A stretch of 64,000 nt of DNA from a virus (lineage: Duplodnaviria; Caudoviricetes). The translations under genes were made by a program, and so were the position numbers. The stretch is taken from the IMG/VR virus record IMGVR_UViG_3300010167_001484, positions 150,047-214,046 of that record; one strand, given 5' to 3'. The notes below the pieces were generated by a model, which was given only the letters and a program-made list of their open reading frames with translations, was not told the DNA's origin and ran no database searches. Shown here one piece after another: positions 10,576 to 19,970 of the stretch. Position 1 is the first letter of the stretch. The number at the start of each line of letters is the position of its first letter.

Positions 10576-10926
10576 GTGGAGATATTATTCACGCCTGCAG
10601 CAGTGTTAGATCTATTAAGTAGAGTAGAAGAATTCAATGATTATCATCTAGGTATAACGGAAACATTAGATGGTCAACTTCAATTACAAGTTGGAGAATC
10701 TTTCTATATAATAGATGATCAAGAAGCTACAAATATTGATGTAACTGATGATGTTGTCGAAACAATTGAAGAAGTTAATCTTGAAGCTTATGAGCAACTT
10801 GCTGATAATGATGTTATAGATCTGCAAGAGCCTGTAGAGTCAGGTATTTTAAGTGGGATGGCTAAAGCACTTGCTATAGGTGGCCTTGTTATGGTCGGTA
10901 GTAAGATGGCTAAGAAGTGGTTATAA
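10576..10926 (+). CDS. Acidic protein with a C-terminal hydrophobic helix; head-module associated
   Basis: GTG start after GAGGT; VES-G motif precedes a hydrophobic/basic tail. Confidence 0.55.
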   Translation: MEILFTPAAVLDLLSRVEEFNDYHLGITETLDGQLQLQVGESFYIIDDQEATNIDVTDDVVETIEEVNLEAYEQLADNDVIDLQEPVESGILSGMAKALAIGGLVMVGSKMAKKWL

Positions 10927-10935
10927 GGAGATATT

Positions 10936-11316
10936 ATGAAAAAATTAGTAAGAGCATTCACAGGTACGAAACAATATGAAGGGTTCAAATTACTTGATCC
11001 TAAAACAAAAGAACTTCATTACTTTCCATATAAATCTGGTAGAAAAAATACAGATGTTGAGAATGAAGCAATAAGTAAATTGAAAGAAGAAACAGGTTAT
11101 GGTGGCTTCATGGTATATGAACTTGTTAAGTCGAGTACAGATGCTAAAGTAACTGCAGCAAGTGGAGAGGATGTTTGTTTCAAAGTAACATTAGAAGTAA
11201 CTATGTCGGGAGAAGTGTTTGATAGATATTCTGATGATAGTGATGATATCCAAGAACAGATAATTCATCTGATAGAAATAGGTCAATTTGAATTTATTGA
11301 TTCAGAATATTGTTAA
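10936..11316 (+). CDS. Protein with MKKLVRA leader; candidate internal head protein
   Basis: AGGAG RBS; internal VKSS and VTAAS motifs. Confidence 0.65.
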   Translation: MKKLVRAFTGTKQYEGFKLLDPKTKELHYFPYKSGRKNTDVENEAISKLKEETGYGGFMVYELVKSSTDAKVTAASGEDVCFKVTLEVTMSGEVFDRYSDDSDDIQEQIIHLIEIGQFEFIDSEYC

Positions 11317-11346
11317 TAAAGTCGTATTAATTGGAGGTATTATAAA

Positions 11347-12795
11347 ATGGCTGCAAAAGTTAAATCTGCAAATATAACAAATTCAACTATTTTAGGAGTA
11401 TTCGATGGTGAAACAATGGATACAACTATAACTAATCTTAATGGATTGGATATCACTGCGGAAGTTATGGATGCTGTATTTGAGTCAGATGAATACAAAC
11501 AAGGTATAGATAAGGGTTGGTATATTGGTTTCTTAGGTCATCCTGAAGATCCTAATGAAATGGGATTCCAGGATGGTTGTATTGTGATGACTGAAGGTCA
11601 TATGGATGATAGTGGGAAGGTATATGGTAAATTTAATCTCATTGATACTCCTGTTGGTCGTGTTGTCAAGACATTCATAGATGCTGGAGTTAAATTCGGA
11701 ATATCTATTCGTGGTGCAGGAGATATTGAGAATAATTCTGTAGATCCCGAAACATTTGTATTCAGAGGATTTGATTTAGTATCTTTTCCTGCTTATCCTG
11801 ACTCAGTTCCAAAATTTACTGAAATTGCAGCAAGTACTGATGCTAAAGATAGAGCCAAGTATAAGAAAATCTGTGCTTCAATTGCAACCAACCTTCAAGA
11901 TATTAATAGTATTGAAGCTTTAGATATAATTCAAAGTAATTTTGCACCACAATCAAAAGAATTTAAAATGTTAGAAGATAGACGTAAGTCCATTGAAGCA
12001 TCTGATATAATATCTATAAATGACGCAAAGATAACCGGTATGACTGAGTTATATATAGAAGCAGTTGAAGCTAATAAGAATTTATTACTTGAAATTGAAT
12101 CACTCAAAAAACAAGTGTCAAAATACTCAGTTACGGCTAATCAGCGTCTAGCTAAAATTAGACGTATTGTAGGTAATCAACTTTCTGTTGTAACTACTAA
12201 TAGAGATGAGCTAGTTACTGCTAATGAAGAATTGGTTCAAGCTGCGTCTGAGTCTAAGTTGTATCAAAGAGAGTTAGAAAGAAACAATAGATTATTAGAA
12301 CAATCTATTGGAGAATTAGAAGCATATATTAAAGAATTAGAGTTAGATAATAAGAAATTATCTAAGAGAATAGCCTCTTCAGAGAATTCTAACCTTATAT
12401 ATAGTGATAAGATAGAAAGTCACAAAGCCGAAATTAGAAAACAAGCCGATGTTATCGCTAGTCTGAGAGCAGAGCTCGATGAAACTGTCAACGGTGCATC
12501 TGATTTGGAAGACCAGACATCAAACCTTGATGAAAGAAACAAAGACTTAGATTCTAAGATTAAAGCTTCAAATCGCCTTCTTAGAGCATACCAGAATGCT
12601 TATAGCAAATTGTATGCTTCTGCTATAGGTAGTGACTATCATCTTGATTCATTGTCTATAACAGCGTCAACATCTGTACCTGAGCTTCAGAAAATAATTT
12701 CTGCAAGTTCTAATAATCTATCTGGTATTTTCGCAGAACCTGAACAGATTGATCTAGTAGATGGTGACCTAGACAATAATGTTATCATTTTATAA
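11347..12795 (+). CDS. Prohead maturation protease (T4 gp21-like) fused to a coiled-coil scaffold domain
   Basis: GFLGHP, FGISIRGAG and FDLVSFPA match gp21-type catalytic His/Ser/Asp motifs; long heptad-rich C-terminus; immediately upstream of the capsid gene. Confidence 0.9.
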   Translation: MAAKVKSANITNSTILGVFDGETMDTTITNLNGLDITAEVMDAVFESDEYKQGIDKGWYIGFLGHPEDPNEMGFQDGCIVMTEGHMDDSGKVYGKFNLIDTPVGRVVKTFIDAGVKFGISIRGAGDIENNSVDPETFVFRGFDLVSFPAYPDSVPKFTEIAASTDAKDRAKYKKICASIATNLQDINSIEALDIIQSNFAPQSKEFKMLEDRRKSIEASDIISINDAKITGMTELYIEAVEANKNLLLEIESLKKQVSKYSVTANQRLAKIRRIVGNQLSVVTTNRDELVTANEELVQAASESKLYQRELERNNRLLEQSIGELEAYIKELELDNKKLSKRIASSENSNLIYSDKIESHKAEIRKQADVIASLRAELDETVNGASDLEDQTSNLDERNKDLDSKIKASNRLLRAYQNAYSKLYASAIGSDYHLDSLSITASTSVPELQKIISASSNNLSGIFAEPEQIDLVDGDLDNNVIIL

Positions 12796-12821
12796 AATAG
12801 AAGAATAGGAGTGTAAATACA

Positions 12822-14264
12822 ATGGCAATTATAACAAAGCGCAAATCTAAAACTCCTGTGACTGCTGCCCGTAAACCTGTTCAAGCTAGTAATAATATCA
12901 CATCAGGTGTACGTAGTAGATCTAATTCACAGCGAGTTGCTGCTAATTTTGCTAAGTTAGATCCGAATCAGCAAGCTTTTGCTCGTCAACTTCAGGCTAA
13001 CTGCCGCAAACATTCAGCAATAATGGGCGCAACAAATACATCGAATATTGCAGCGCGTCCTGATTTTATTGAACTGCTTCCGTTGTTCGTCCAGAAATTA
13101 CTCATTCTTGATGTATTCGGCTCAGTAGCGATGAAATCACGTCAACAAATTATCCCTTACTTCAAAGTAGTGAGTGAAACAACTAAAGGTGAAACGAATA
13201 AAGGCGATGTTTTCAATACACCGTTTGTTAACCGTCAAGGTTTAGACGGTAACTTCACAGGCCGTGTTGTAAAGAACGAAGTCATGGCTGCAGAAGGTGG
13301 ATTTACATCTGGTGCAGTTAATTATATCCCCGTACTTCCTGGTTCTGTAACAATCAATGCTAACATTAGTGGAGTTACTAATATCTATACAGATGATGGT
13401 GCTGGTACTATCCTTGGTGCTGATGGTTCCGAAGAAGGTACAATTGCATATGATACTGGACTTATCACAATGGGTGATCCTATCGACACAAATGTAGGTG
13501 ATACCGTTAAAGCTACTTACCAGTATGACAATGAGACTGTTGGTCCGGATGTCAATGGAGACTATGGCGCTAGAATGGGTAAAGTCTATCTCCAGTTAGA
13601 TGAATTCAATCTAGTAGCAACTGCCCACGAACTCGCAAGCTATTGGTCAATTTTCTCCGCGTTTGCAGCCCAGAATGAATGGGGTACAAACATCGGTGAT
13701 ATGGCTAAAGAAGCAGCTTTCTCCGAATTGACAGCTGAGATCAATACAAAAGGTTTCAAAGCTCTTGAAAAAGCAGCGACCTATAAACCTCAGTACAACT
13801 GGGATGCTTCTCCTGTTTTGTCAGGTAGCGTTGTACCGTCAGATTACTTGAACATGTTTAAACTTAAACTCGGTCAAGCGTCAGCTTCTATATATCAGGC
13901 AACAAGACTTACCCGTCCGAACCGACTTACAATGGGTGCTAATGCTGCAGAATATATGAAAATGATCAATGGATTCTCTGCTGATAATATTGACGATACG
14001 GTTGGTCCATATAAGCTTGGTACACTTGATAACTTCGAATGCTATGTTGAGCCTTCGTATGACCCGAACAAGTGGGTAATGTCCTGTAAGAGTACAGACA
14101 TTCGCAGGAATAGCGGATTGTTTGGGGAGTATATGCCCTTCACAGCTACTGATGCAATCGGCCTTGCGAACGCTAGTGTGCAGCAAGGATATGCTACGAT
14201 GTATTGCATGGAAGTGGTCAACCCGGCAACAATCGTTTCTGGAAAGATTGTTGGAGTATTCTAA
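12822..14264 (+). CDS. Major capsid protein (T4 gp23-like, HK97 fold) with a basic N-terminal propeptide
   Basis: Follows the protease; ELTAEIN and GEYMP motifs and an insertion domain (VLPGSVTI...GTIAYDTG) as in large T4-like myoviruses; visibly more GC-rich codons, consistent with high expression. Confidence 0.88.
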   Translation: MAIITKRKSKTPVTAARKPVQASNNITSGVRSRSNSQRVAANFAKLDPNQQAFARQLQANCRKHSAIMGATNTSNIAARPDFIELLPLFVQKLLILDVFGSVAMKSRQQIIPYFKVVSETTKGETNKGDVFNTPFVNRQGLDGNFTGRVVKNEVMAAEGGFTSGAVNYIPVLPGSVTINANISGVTNIYTDDGAGTILGADGSEEGTIAYDTGLITMGDPIDTNVGDTVKATYQYDNETVGPDVNGDYGARMGKVYLQLDEFNLVATAHELASYWSIFSAFAAQNEWGTNIGDMAKEAAFSELTAEINTKGFKALEKAATYKPQYNWDASPVLSGSVVPSDYLNMFKLKLGQASASIYQATRLTRPNRLTMGANAAEYMKMINGFSADNIDDTVGPYKLGTLDNFECYVEPSYDPNKWVMSCKSTDIRRNSGLFGEYMPFTATDAIGLANASVQQGYATMYCMEVVNPATIVSGKIVGVF

Positions 14265-14296
14265 ACAATATTCTATATCTCATTAATAATCACAAC

Positions 14297-14325
14297 CTCC
14301 CAATTGCAGTAATTGTAATTGGGAG
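14297..14325 (+). terminator. Stem-loop after the capsid gene
   Basis: CTCCCAATTGCAG / TTGTAATTGGGAG inverted repeat followed by T-rich sequence. Confidence 0.6.
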
Positions 14326-14374
14326 TTCTCATATTTCTTATAAATAATTTATTTTTATATAGGTGGAGTATTTT

Positions 14375-14385
14375 AACCTTATATA
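14375..14385 (+). promoter_or_regulatory. Phage-specific promoter-like motif, class B (AACCTTWWATA, putative late); representative copy
   Basis: Copies at 4606, 12391, 14375, 18553, 20428, 30329, 40591 and 50677, mostly before structural or lysis genes. Confidence 0.7.
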
Positions 14386-14500
14386 TGTATGTGATAAGAT
14401 AAGCCTGAGAACCTTATCTATTGATGAGATAGAATCGCAAAAGATGTTATTCTATCTATTACTTGTGTAATAGTAAAAATTTAAATGGAGGTAAAACACA

Positions 14501-14884
14501 ATGGCGTACAAAGTAACTATAACTTATGCTGGTGTAACTGCTGATGTTGAAGCGTTTGTAGCTCCTGTAATGCGACTTTACAGACCTAATCCTTCATACG
14601 TTGATACACTTGCATATGAAGGTACAGTGTATGACACAAATACACCAGGTATGGGCAGTCCGGAAGGTATATGGAATTATACGCTTGATCAAATGGAGCC
14701 GTTTGCAACTACATCTATTCCGTTCCCAGTGTCGTTGGCGCAGTTTAAACTTGCAGTTGTTGGGAAGGATAATGAGGTGTCGTTTGAAGTTGCAGATTAT
14801 AAGGAAGCGTTCTACTATATGCAGATCGGTGAGTCTATGGCAGATCAAGGTTTCAGCGTAAAAGTCGAAGAGATTGCAGCTTAA
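14501..14884 (+). CDS. Putative head decoration / virion protein
   Basis: Strong GGAGGT RBS, own AACCTTATATA motif upstream, position between capsid and neck genes. Confidence 0.5.
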   Translation: MAYKVTITYAGVTADVEAFVAPVMRLYRPNPSYVDTLAYEGTVYDTNTPGMGSPEGIWNYTLDQMEPFATTSIPFPVSLAQFKLAVVGKDNEVSFEVADYKEAFYYMQIGESMADQGFSVKVEEIAA

Positions 14885-14921
14885 TTTGAAAGGTGTGAGT
14901 GTGTAAGGAGGGTCTAGACTG

Positions 14922-15632
14922 GTGACTATGCAAGAAATTGTAGCAGAAATCAATTTTTCATTAGGTCTTCCTGCACATGATAATATTGAGGAAATTCAGA
15001 TTGATTTAGCTGTAATTAAAGCTTTTAGAGAACTTAAAAGGTATATGCGAACTCCTGTAGATAAAACCGTTCCGTTTTCAACACGAGTGAAACTTTCAGA
15101 TGTTGGAATAATTACCAGACGAGTAATCTATTGTTTTGCAGCTAGGCCTAGAGTAGGATTACATCTGAGCACCATTGAAGCGGGTACACCTTTTCAGATA
15201 GGCGCTGCTATTAATACCCAAGGTATGGTTGGTCAAACACGTAGACTTAATATTGATCCGATAATGACGGAAATGGCAATGGCTCAAGTAAGGAATACAC
15301 TTCAAACTGACTATCAGTGGCATTATGATCAACTTAACGATTGTGTGAGCATTACTCATAGAGATCCGAAACCTGCAATGGTTACAATCAGATATGTTCC
15401 AGAGTATAAGGATGTATCTGAAATAGTTAATCAAGCTTATATTGATTATCTTATACGGATGAGTGAAGCTTATGTTAAGAAAGCCCAAGGTCAAACGAGA
15501 TCTAAATATAGTATTGAAGGATCTAATGTTAAACTTAACGGTCCAGAATTATTAGCAGAAGCTAATGCAGAACTTGAAGCAATTCGTGCAGAGCTTGAAG
15601 GTAAACGAAATAAGCTAGTTGTATTAAATTAA
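14922..15632 (+). CDS. Neck / head-completion protein (T4 gp13-like)
   Basis: C-terminal RSKY...VKLNGPELLAEANAELEAIRAEL resembles the gp13 KY...LNG..I..EA..E...L pattern. Confidence 0.65.
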   Translation: MTMQEIVAEINFSLGLPAHDNIEEIQIDLAVIKAFRELKRYMRTPVDKTVPFSTRVKLSDVGIITRRVIYCFAARPRVGLHLSTIEAGTPFQIGAAINTQGMVGQTRRLNIDPIMTEMAMAQVRNTLQTDYQWHYDQLNDCVSITHRDPKPAMVTIRYVPEYKDVSEIVNQAYIDYLIRMSEAYVKKAQGQTRSKYSIEGSNVKLNGPELLAEANAELEAIRAELEGKRNKLVVLN

Positions 15633-15659
15633 AATTCAAATTGTAAAGGAGTATGTATA

Positions 15660-15992
15660 ATGGTTATCCAGAAGAAAACAGTTAGACCGATTAAAGCTGA
15701 AACAGAAGTAGCACCGGAAGTTACCGAGCTTCTATTTGAAGCTGAAGATGTAGCACAACTTATCGCTGAGGTAACAGGTGAAGATGTAACAGTTAGCGCA
15801 GAGCCTGATGCTGATGTTATTACATTCGAGGTTGCTGGCGAAGAATTCTCAGTTGAACCTGAAGGTGAAGAAGAAATGCTTGAAGCATCTACTCGTTTCA
15901 AGAAAGGTAAGAAGCCCGTAGCGGCATCAACAAGAAATCGCCGTCCAGCAGCTCCTGCTAGTCGTCCTGTCAAGAAAGTTGGACGTAGATAA
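15660..15992 (+). CDS. Acidic protein with basic tail; candidate core/internal head protein
   Basis: IKA, LEAS and VAAS motifs; Lys/Arg-rich C-terminus similar in character to the capsid propeptide. Confidence 0.6.
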   Translation: MVIQKKTVRPIKAETEVAPEVTELLFEAEDVAQLIAEVTGEDVTVSAEPDADVITFEVAGEEFSVEPEGEEEMLEASTRFKKGKKPVAASTRNRRPAAPASRPVKKVGRR

Positions 15993-16015
15993 TATTTTAG
16001 CATTGCAGAATGACT

Positions 16016-16054
16016 GAAGGAACTTGCTGGACTAATATTCCGGTAAGTTCCTTC
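16016..16054 (+). terminator. Long intergenic stem-loop (terminator or RNA-processing site)
   Basis: GAAGGAACTTGCTGGA / TTCCGGTAAGTTCCTTC inverted repeat. Confidence 0.55.
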
Positions 16055-16079
16055 TGTTAAATATTGTGGAGGTTTGATA

Positions 16080-17441
16080 ATGAAGATACAAGTTAATTCA
16101 TCTGCAGTTGAAGGTAAAGGTGAAATTAGAAACTTCTTTCGTAAATTGGCTGGTATAGTTGATACAGTTTTTAAAACATTAGATGATTGGTCTGTAGAAC
16201 AGCAGAAAGAAACAGATACAGGATGTAAGGTTCGTATTCGTAATACTGATTCTGATGATCTTCTAGATGTTGAATATATAAGAATTGAAGATGGTACACT
16301 TACTATCAAAATAAGAGATGAAGAAGGTAAAGAAACTATAAAGGAAGATGTACCTGACGATAAGGAGAGTGCATCAAATGCTCTTAAAGATATGTTAGAT
16401 AATATTGGTAATATAACTTCTAATACAGAATTGGATATTAATGATAATCCAATAGGTGATGATGACGTTGTCGAAGGTCTTGAAGGTATATTAGAAAAAT
16501 TATCAGGTATGTTGAATACTTTCTTCGACAGTACAGAAAACATTGAAGAAATTGATCATAAAGATATAACTAACGGTATTAAATATAGAGCTCAGCATAA
16601 TGATATATATGCAGATATTTCTATAACAAGTGAAGATGCTGGGGAATTGTGTAAAATTGAAGTTAAAGCGTCTACAGGTGATATACTTAGTTTAGATAAT
16701 ATTCCTAGAATAAAGGTGCTCAGTACTGTGAAGACTATGCTATGGCAGGTGTTTACAGGTTCTACTTCAGATGTTGATGCTTCTAGAGAGCTTCTAGTTA
16801 CTCTAAAACGTGTTGTAGGTAGTCGAGAAGATAGTATAGAACTTGTTGCAATCAATGCTAATTATTCTATAGAGGCTGCATTAGATACATTGGACGAAGT
16901 ATTAGAAGATGAAGAGATATTAGATCTTATTGATGAAGAACCTTTGAGTCTAGCAATCACTGATTTAGATGAATCCGATATGTTTGATGTAGAACAAATT
17001 GAGAGTGAAGAAGTTACTCAAGATAGTTCTTGTACTATCAATAATATACTTTCTGCTGTTTCAATATTTGCAAATAACATATTAATGATACATTGGAATG
17101 CTAAAGGTGATGATTTTAGTACAATTCATAATTTGACGGATTCCTGGTATTGGTCTGCTAGAAATGATTTAGATACAATAGGTGAATTGTCTGTTGAATT
17201 GTGTGGCTCTGCCCCCAATCCTGCTATGAGTTTAGATGATGTAGCTTTATTACAATCTAATACAGAATATACTATAGATGATGTCTATGTAGTTGTTGCT
17301 GCTCAGATGGATTCACTCATAACTACACTTGAAACATATTATGTTAATTTTGATCATGATGTTCAAAGTACTTTAGATAATATTATCCGTTATTGGAAGA
17401 AAGAGCGAGATTACAAGGTATTTCGTGTACTAAAAGATTAA
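16080..17441 (+). CDS. Acidic multidomain protein with a C-terminal Dps/ferritin-like domain
   Basis: IHWNAKGDDFSTIH...DTIGE resembles the Dps HWN-x-x-G-x-x-F-x-x-x-H...D-x-x-x-E signature; leader variant MKIQVNSS. Confidence 0.65.
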   Translation: MKIQVNSSAVEGKGEIRNFFRKLAGIVDTVFKTLDDWSVEQQKETDTGCKVRIRNTDSDDLLDVEYIRIEDGTLTIKIRDEEGKETIKEDVPDDKESASNALKDMLDNIGNITSNTELDINDNPIGDDDVVEGLEGILEKLSGMLNTFFDSTENIEEIDHKDITNGIKYRAQHNDIYADISITSEDAGELCKIEVKASTGDILSLDNIPRIKVLSTVKTMLWQVFTGSTSDVDASRELLVTLKRVVGSREDSIELVAINANYSIEAALDTLDEVLEDEEILDLIDEEPLSLAITDLDESDMFDVEQIESEEVTQDSSCTINNILSAVSIFANNILMIHWNAKGDDFSTIHNLTDSWYWSARNDLDTIGELSVELCGSAPNPAMSLDDVALLQSNTEYTIDDVYVVVAAQMDSLITTLETYYVNFDHDVQSTLDNIIRYWKKERDYKVFRVLKD

Positions 17442-17482
17442 TTTAGATATCTACCATAACCACTAAACTTTGGAGGTATGGT

Positions 17483-17896
17483 ATGTCATTGTTATATGAC
17501 GCTGAGATAAGAGAACGTATAATTAGATCAGAAAATCCATTCCAACATGTAATAGATATTGCTATATTAGCTAGGAAGAAAGCTAAAGAATCTGAGTATC
17601 ATATATTAGATTCTGAAGCACTTACATGGGTCATTCAAGGTATTGAACCTGTAGAAGATTCAACTTTGAATTTAAGTAGGACAATAACAAATTATGAAGA
17701 GAAATATCTTGATGATATGTTATGTTGTATTGATGATGCTCAAGTAAGAAATGCATTACAAGAATCATTCTATCAAAGTAAATCTGCAAATAAGCTTATA
17801 TATGAATATGGTAATATTACAGATAAACCACGTCAAACTAGAGTAAGAATTTTACTTAGAATGATCTGGTACAATACTGTATTAAAAGAAATATAA
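17483..17896 (+). CDS. Hypothetical protein; N-terminus resembles RNA polymerase omega subunit
   Basis: ENPFQHVIDIAILARK...ALTWVIQG resembles omega N-x-Y/F..V...A..AR....AL.E...G; weak similarity. Confidence 0.35.
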   Translation: MSLLYDAEIRERIIRSENPFQHVIDIAILARKKAKESEYHILDSEALTWVIQGIEPVEDSTLNLSRTITNYEEKYLDDMLCCIDDAQVRNALQESFYQSKSANKLIYEYGNITDKPRQTRVRILLRMIWYNTVLKEI

Positions 17897-17913
17897 TTTA
17901 AGGAGTGTATAAA

Positions 17914-18492
17914 ATGCCTAGAGGAGTAAGGAATCCTAAACCTGTAGAAGTTGAAGACGTAGTTGAAGAAGCAAAAGTTGAAGATGTGATAGTTGAAGAA
18001 GCAAAAGTTGAAGATGTAATAGTTGAAGAAGCAAAAGTTGAAGATGTAATAGTTGAAGAAGTAGTTAAGGAAGAGATTGAGTCTTTACAAGATGAGGTTG
18101 AAGAAGTTGTTGAAGAAATTGTTGAGGAAGTAGAAGTAGTTGTTGAAGATGTTGTTGAAGATGTAGTCGAAGAAGTTGTTGAACCTGAAGTAGAAGCTGA
18201 AATTATTGAGGTAGAGCCTGAGGTTGTTGAAGTAACACCTGAACCTGAAGTTGTTGAAATAATATCTGAATCTAAGGTTGTTGATGATGAATATAAGATT
18301 GGTCAAGAAATAACATTTAGATTACCCACGATAAGGACCTATGATACAAGTGTTGCTAAGCTACCTAGCCGTAAACCTGGACCCTTATATATTTACGATA
18401 CATTAGTGCAGAACGATCGCATAAGGGTATCTAATAGAGTTAATGGTGAGTATCTTGGATGGGTTTCATTGAATGATTTATCTAAGAATTAG
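17914..18492 (+). CDS. Glu/Val-rich low-complexity protein with a possible C-terminal SH3-like domain
   Basis: VEEAKVEDVI repeats; C-terminal RIRV...YLGWV. Confidence 0.55.
   Translation: MPRGVRNPKPVEVEDVVEEAKVEDVIVEEAKVEDVIVEEAKVEDVIVEEVVKEEIESLQDEVEEVVEEIVEEVEVVVEDVVEDVVEEVVEPEVEAEIIEVEPEVVEVTPEPEVVEIISESKVVDDEYKIGQEITFRLPTIRTYDTSVAKLPSRKPGPLYIYDTLVQNDRIRVSNRVNGEYLGWVSLNDLSKN
17961..18060 (+). repeat. 30-bp coding tandem repeat, ~3.3 copies
   Basis: Unit AGTTGAAGAAGCAAAAGTTGAAGATGTRAT. Confidence 0.85.
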
Positions 18493-18516
18493 ATAATATA
18501 CTTTAGTTTTAGATTA

Positions 18517-18546
18517 TGATGCAGAGCTGTAAGAAGTTCTGCATCA
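18517..18546 (+). terminator. Intrinsic terminator-like hairpin
   Basis: TGATGCAGAGCT / AGTTCTGCATCA, followed by GTTTGT. Confidence 0.6.
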
Positions 18547-18594
18547 GTTTGTAACCTTATATATTTTTATACTATACCTAGGTGGTGTGATACT

Positions 18595-19506
18595 ATGGAT
18601 AAAATACAGATACCTTCTAATATCAAATTAATAGATTCGGGTGAATTCCCTACAACGGAAAATTTACCAAAAGGTAATTTAGCTTTCGGTAAAATAACTG
18701 AGACTGATATGTACCATTTATTCGGTAATTCTGATGATAATATTGTAGATTATATGATGCAGGGTGAGCAAGGTGAACAAGGGGAATCTGCTTATCAATC
18801 ATGGTTGAATACGGGAAATAATGGGGATGAATCTGATTTCATTCGATGGGTAAAAGCTTCATCTGGAGGTCAAGCAAATGTAGGCGAAATATTTTGGTGG
18901 CCTTTATCTAACCCTCCTGGAGATTCTTTATATTGCAATGGAGATGAAATTAGTAGAATAGAATATTCTAAATTATTTGAAGTAATAGGAACTATGTTTG
19001 GTACAGGTAATGGATCTACTACATTCAATTTACCTGATATGCGATATAAGAAAGCTGATTTATATCCATGTATAAGATATAAAGTTGAAGCATTTCCTTA
19101 TGTTAAAGGTTATTTTGGTGATTCTAGTTTAGCTGCAAATGTACATAATATACCTACACCTATTATTACTAATGGTGATTCTAGTTTAATTGTAAATAAA
19201 AATTTTATAGTATCTGAAGATGGAGTATGGGCCTTAAGTTTCTCTGGTACTACTACTAATCAAAGTACTCCCTTTTCGGGTACTTTAAATTCTTATATTA
19301 CTGTTGATTGGACATTACCGTCACAACGTTGTATTACACAGTTGCAATCATCTCAATCTACAATGATATTACATGCATTAGGTATAGATACATTGTTAGC
19401 TAATGATATCATGAATGTCACTTTACTTCCATCTGTATCGATGACATCTTGGCAACATCCAATTTATGGTGCAGAACCCTCCTTCTGGTTTGGTAGAATA
19501 GTATAG
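18595..19506 (+). CDS. Short fibre protein with a tail-collar domain and a C-terminal C1q/TNF-like beta head
   Basis: VGEIFWW...CNG..ISR.EYSKLFEVIGT.FG.GNGSTTFNLPD is a collar motif; EDGVWALSF is typical of C1q-like heads; N-terminus paralogous to 20472..21971. Confidence 0.8.
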   Translation: MDKIQIPSNIKLIDSGEFPTTENLPKGNLAFGKITETDMYHLFGNSDDNIVDYMMQGEQGEQGESAYQSWLNTGNNGDESDFIRWVKASSGGQANVGEIFWWPLSNPPGDSLYCNGDEISRIEYSKLFEVIGTMFGTGNGSTTFNLPDMRYKKADLYPCIRYKVEAFPYVKGYFGDSSLAANVHNIPTPIITNGDSSLIVNKNFIVSEDGVWALSFSGTTTNQSTPFSGTLNSYITVDWTLPSQRCITQLQSSQSTMILHALGIDTLLANDIMNVTLLPSVSMTSWQHPIYGAEPSFWFGRIV

Positions 19507-19514
19507 GAGATAAT

Positions 19515-19961
19515 ATGAATATATCTTATCTAGGTATTGTAAATCCTGAATTTCCTTATGTAACAGGTTTACTTATCCCTAAGTCTTTAGCAGCATATAC
19601 ATTCAATATTATGACACCTGATATTACTACGCTTGATGGAAATATCAATATGGTGAATGGTGATAAATTTATAGCTCCTGAAAATGGGGTTTATAGATTT
19701 TGTTTTAGTGGAGCGAAGCTTAGTGTAGTTCATACTGCAGAAACTCAAACATTTGTTGTTTATAATAGTGAATCTGTTGGAAGTAATTTTAAAAATGTAG
19801 CTGTGAATCTTGGTAAATTCGGATTGGTATCATCTGTATCAGTAGAATTAACTTTGGAAACAGAGGATTTTCTAACACTTCATGTTTTCACTGATATTGC
19901 AACACATGGAATAAACTATGCCGAAATGATACCTGTATTTGCATTCGGACGTATATTTTAG
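19515..19961 (+). CDS. Stand-alone C1q/TNF-like receptor-binding subunit
   Basis: FIAPENGVYRF motif; N-terminal ISYLG...PEFP(Y/W) shared with the next gene. Confidence 0.6.
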   Translation: MNISYLGIVNPEFPYVTGLLIPKSLAAYTFNIMTPDITTLDGNINMVNGDKFIAPENGVYRFCFSGAKLSVVHTAETQTFVVYNSESVGSNFKNVAVNLGKFGLVSSVSVELTLETEDFLTLHVFTDIATHGINYAEMIPVFAFGRIF

Positions 19962-19970
19962 GAGTTTATT

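Noticed and set aside
15629-16543. 304-aa minus-strand ORF and the other minus-strand or alternate-frame ORFs in the track
   Set aside because: They are shadows of acidic or repetitive + strand genes (Ser/Ile-rich antisense of GAA/GAT codons; collagen and Gly repeats), with no RBS or motifs.
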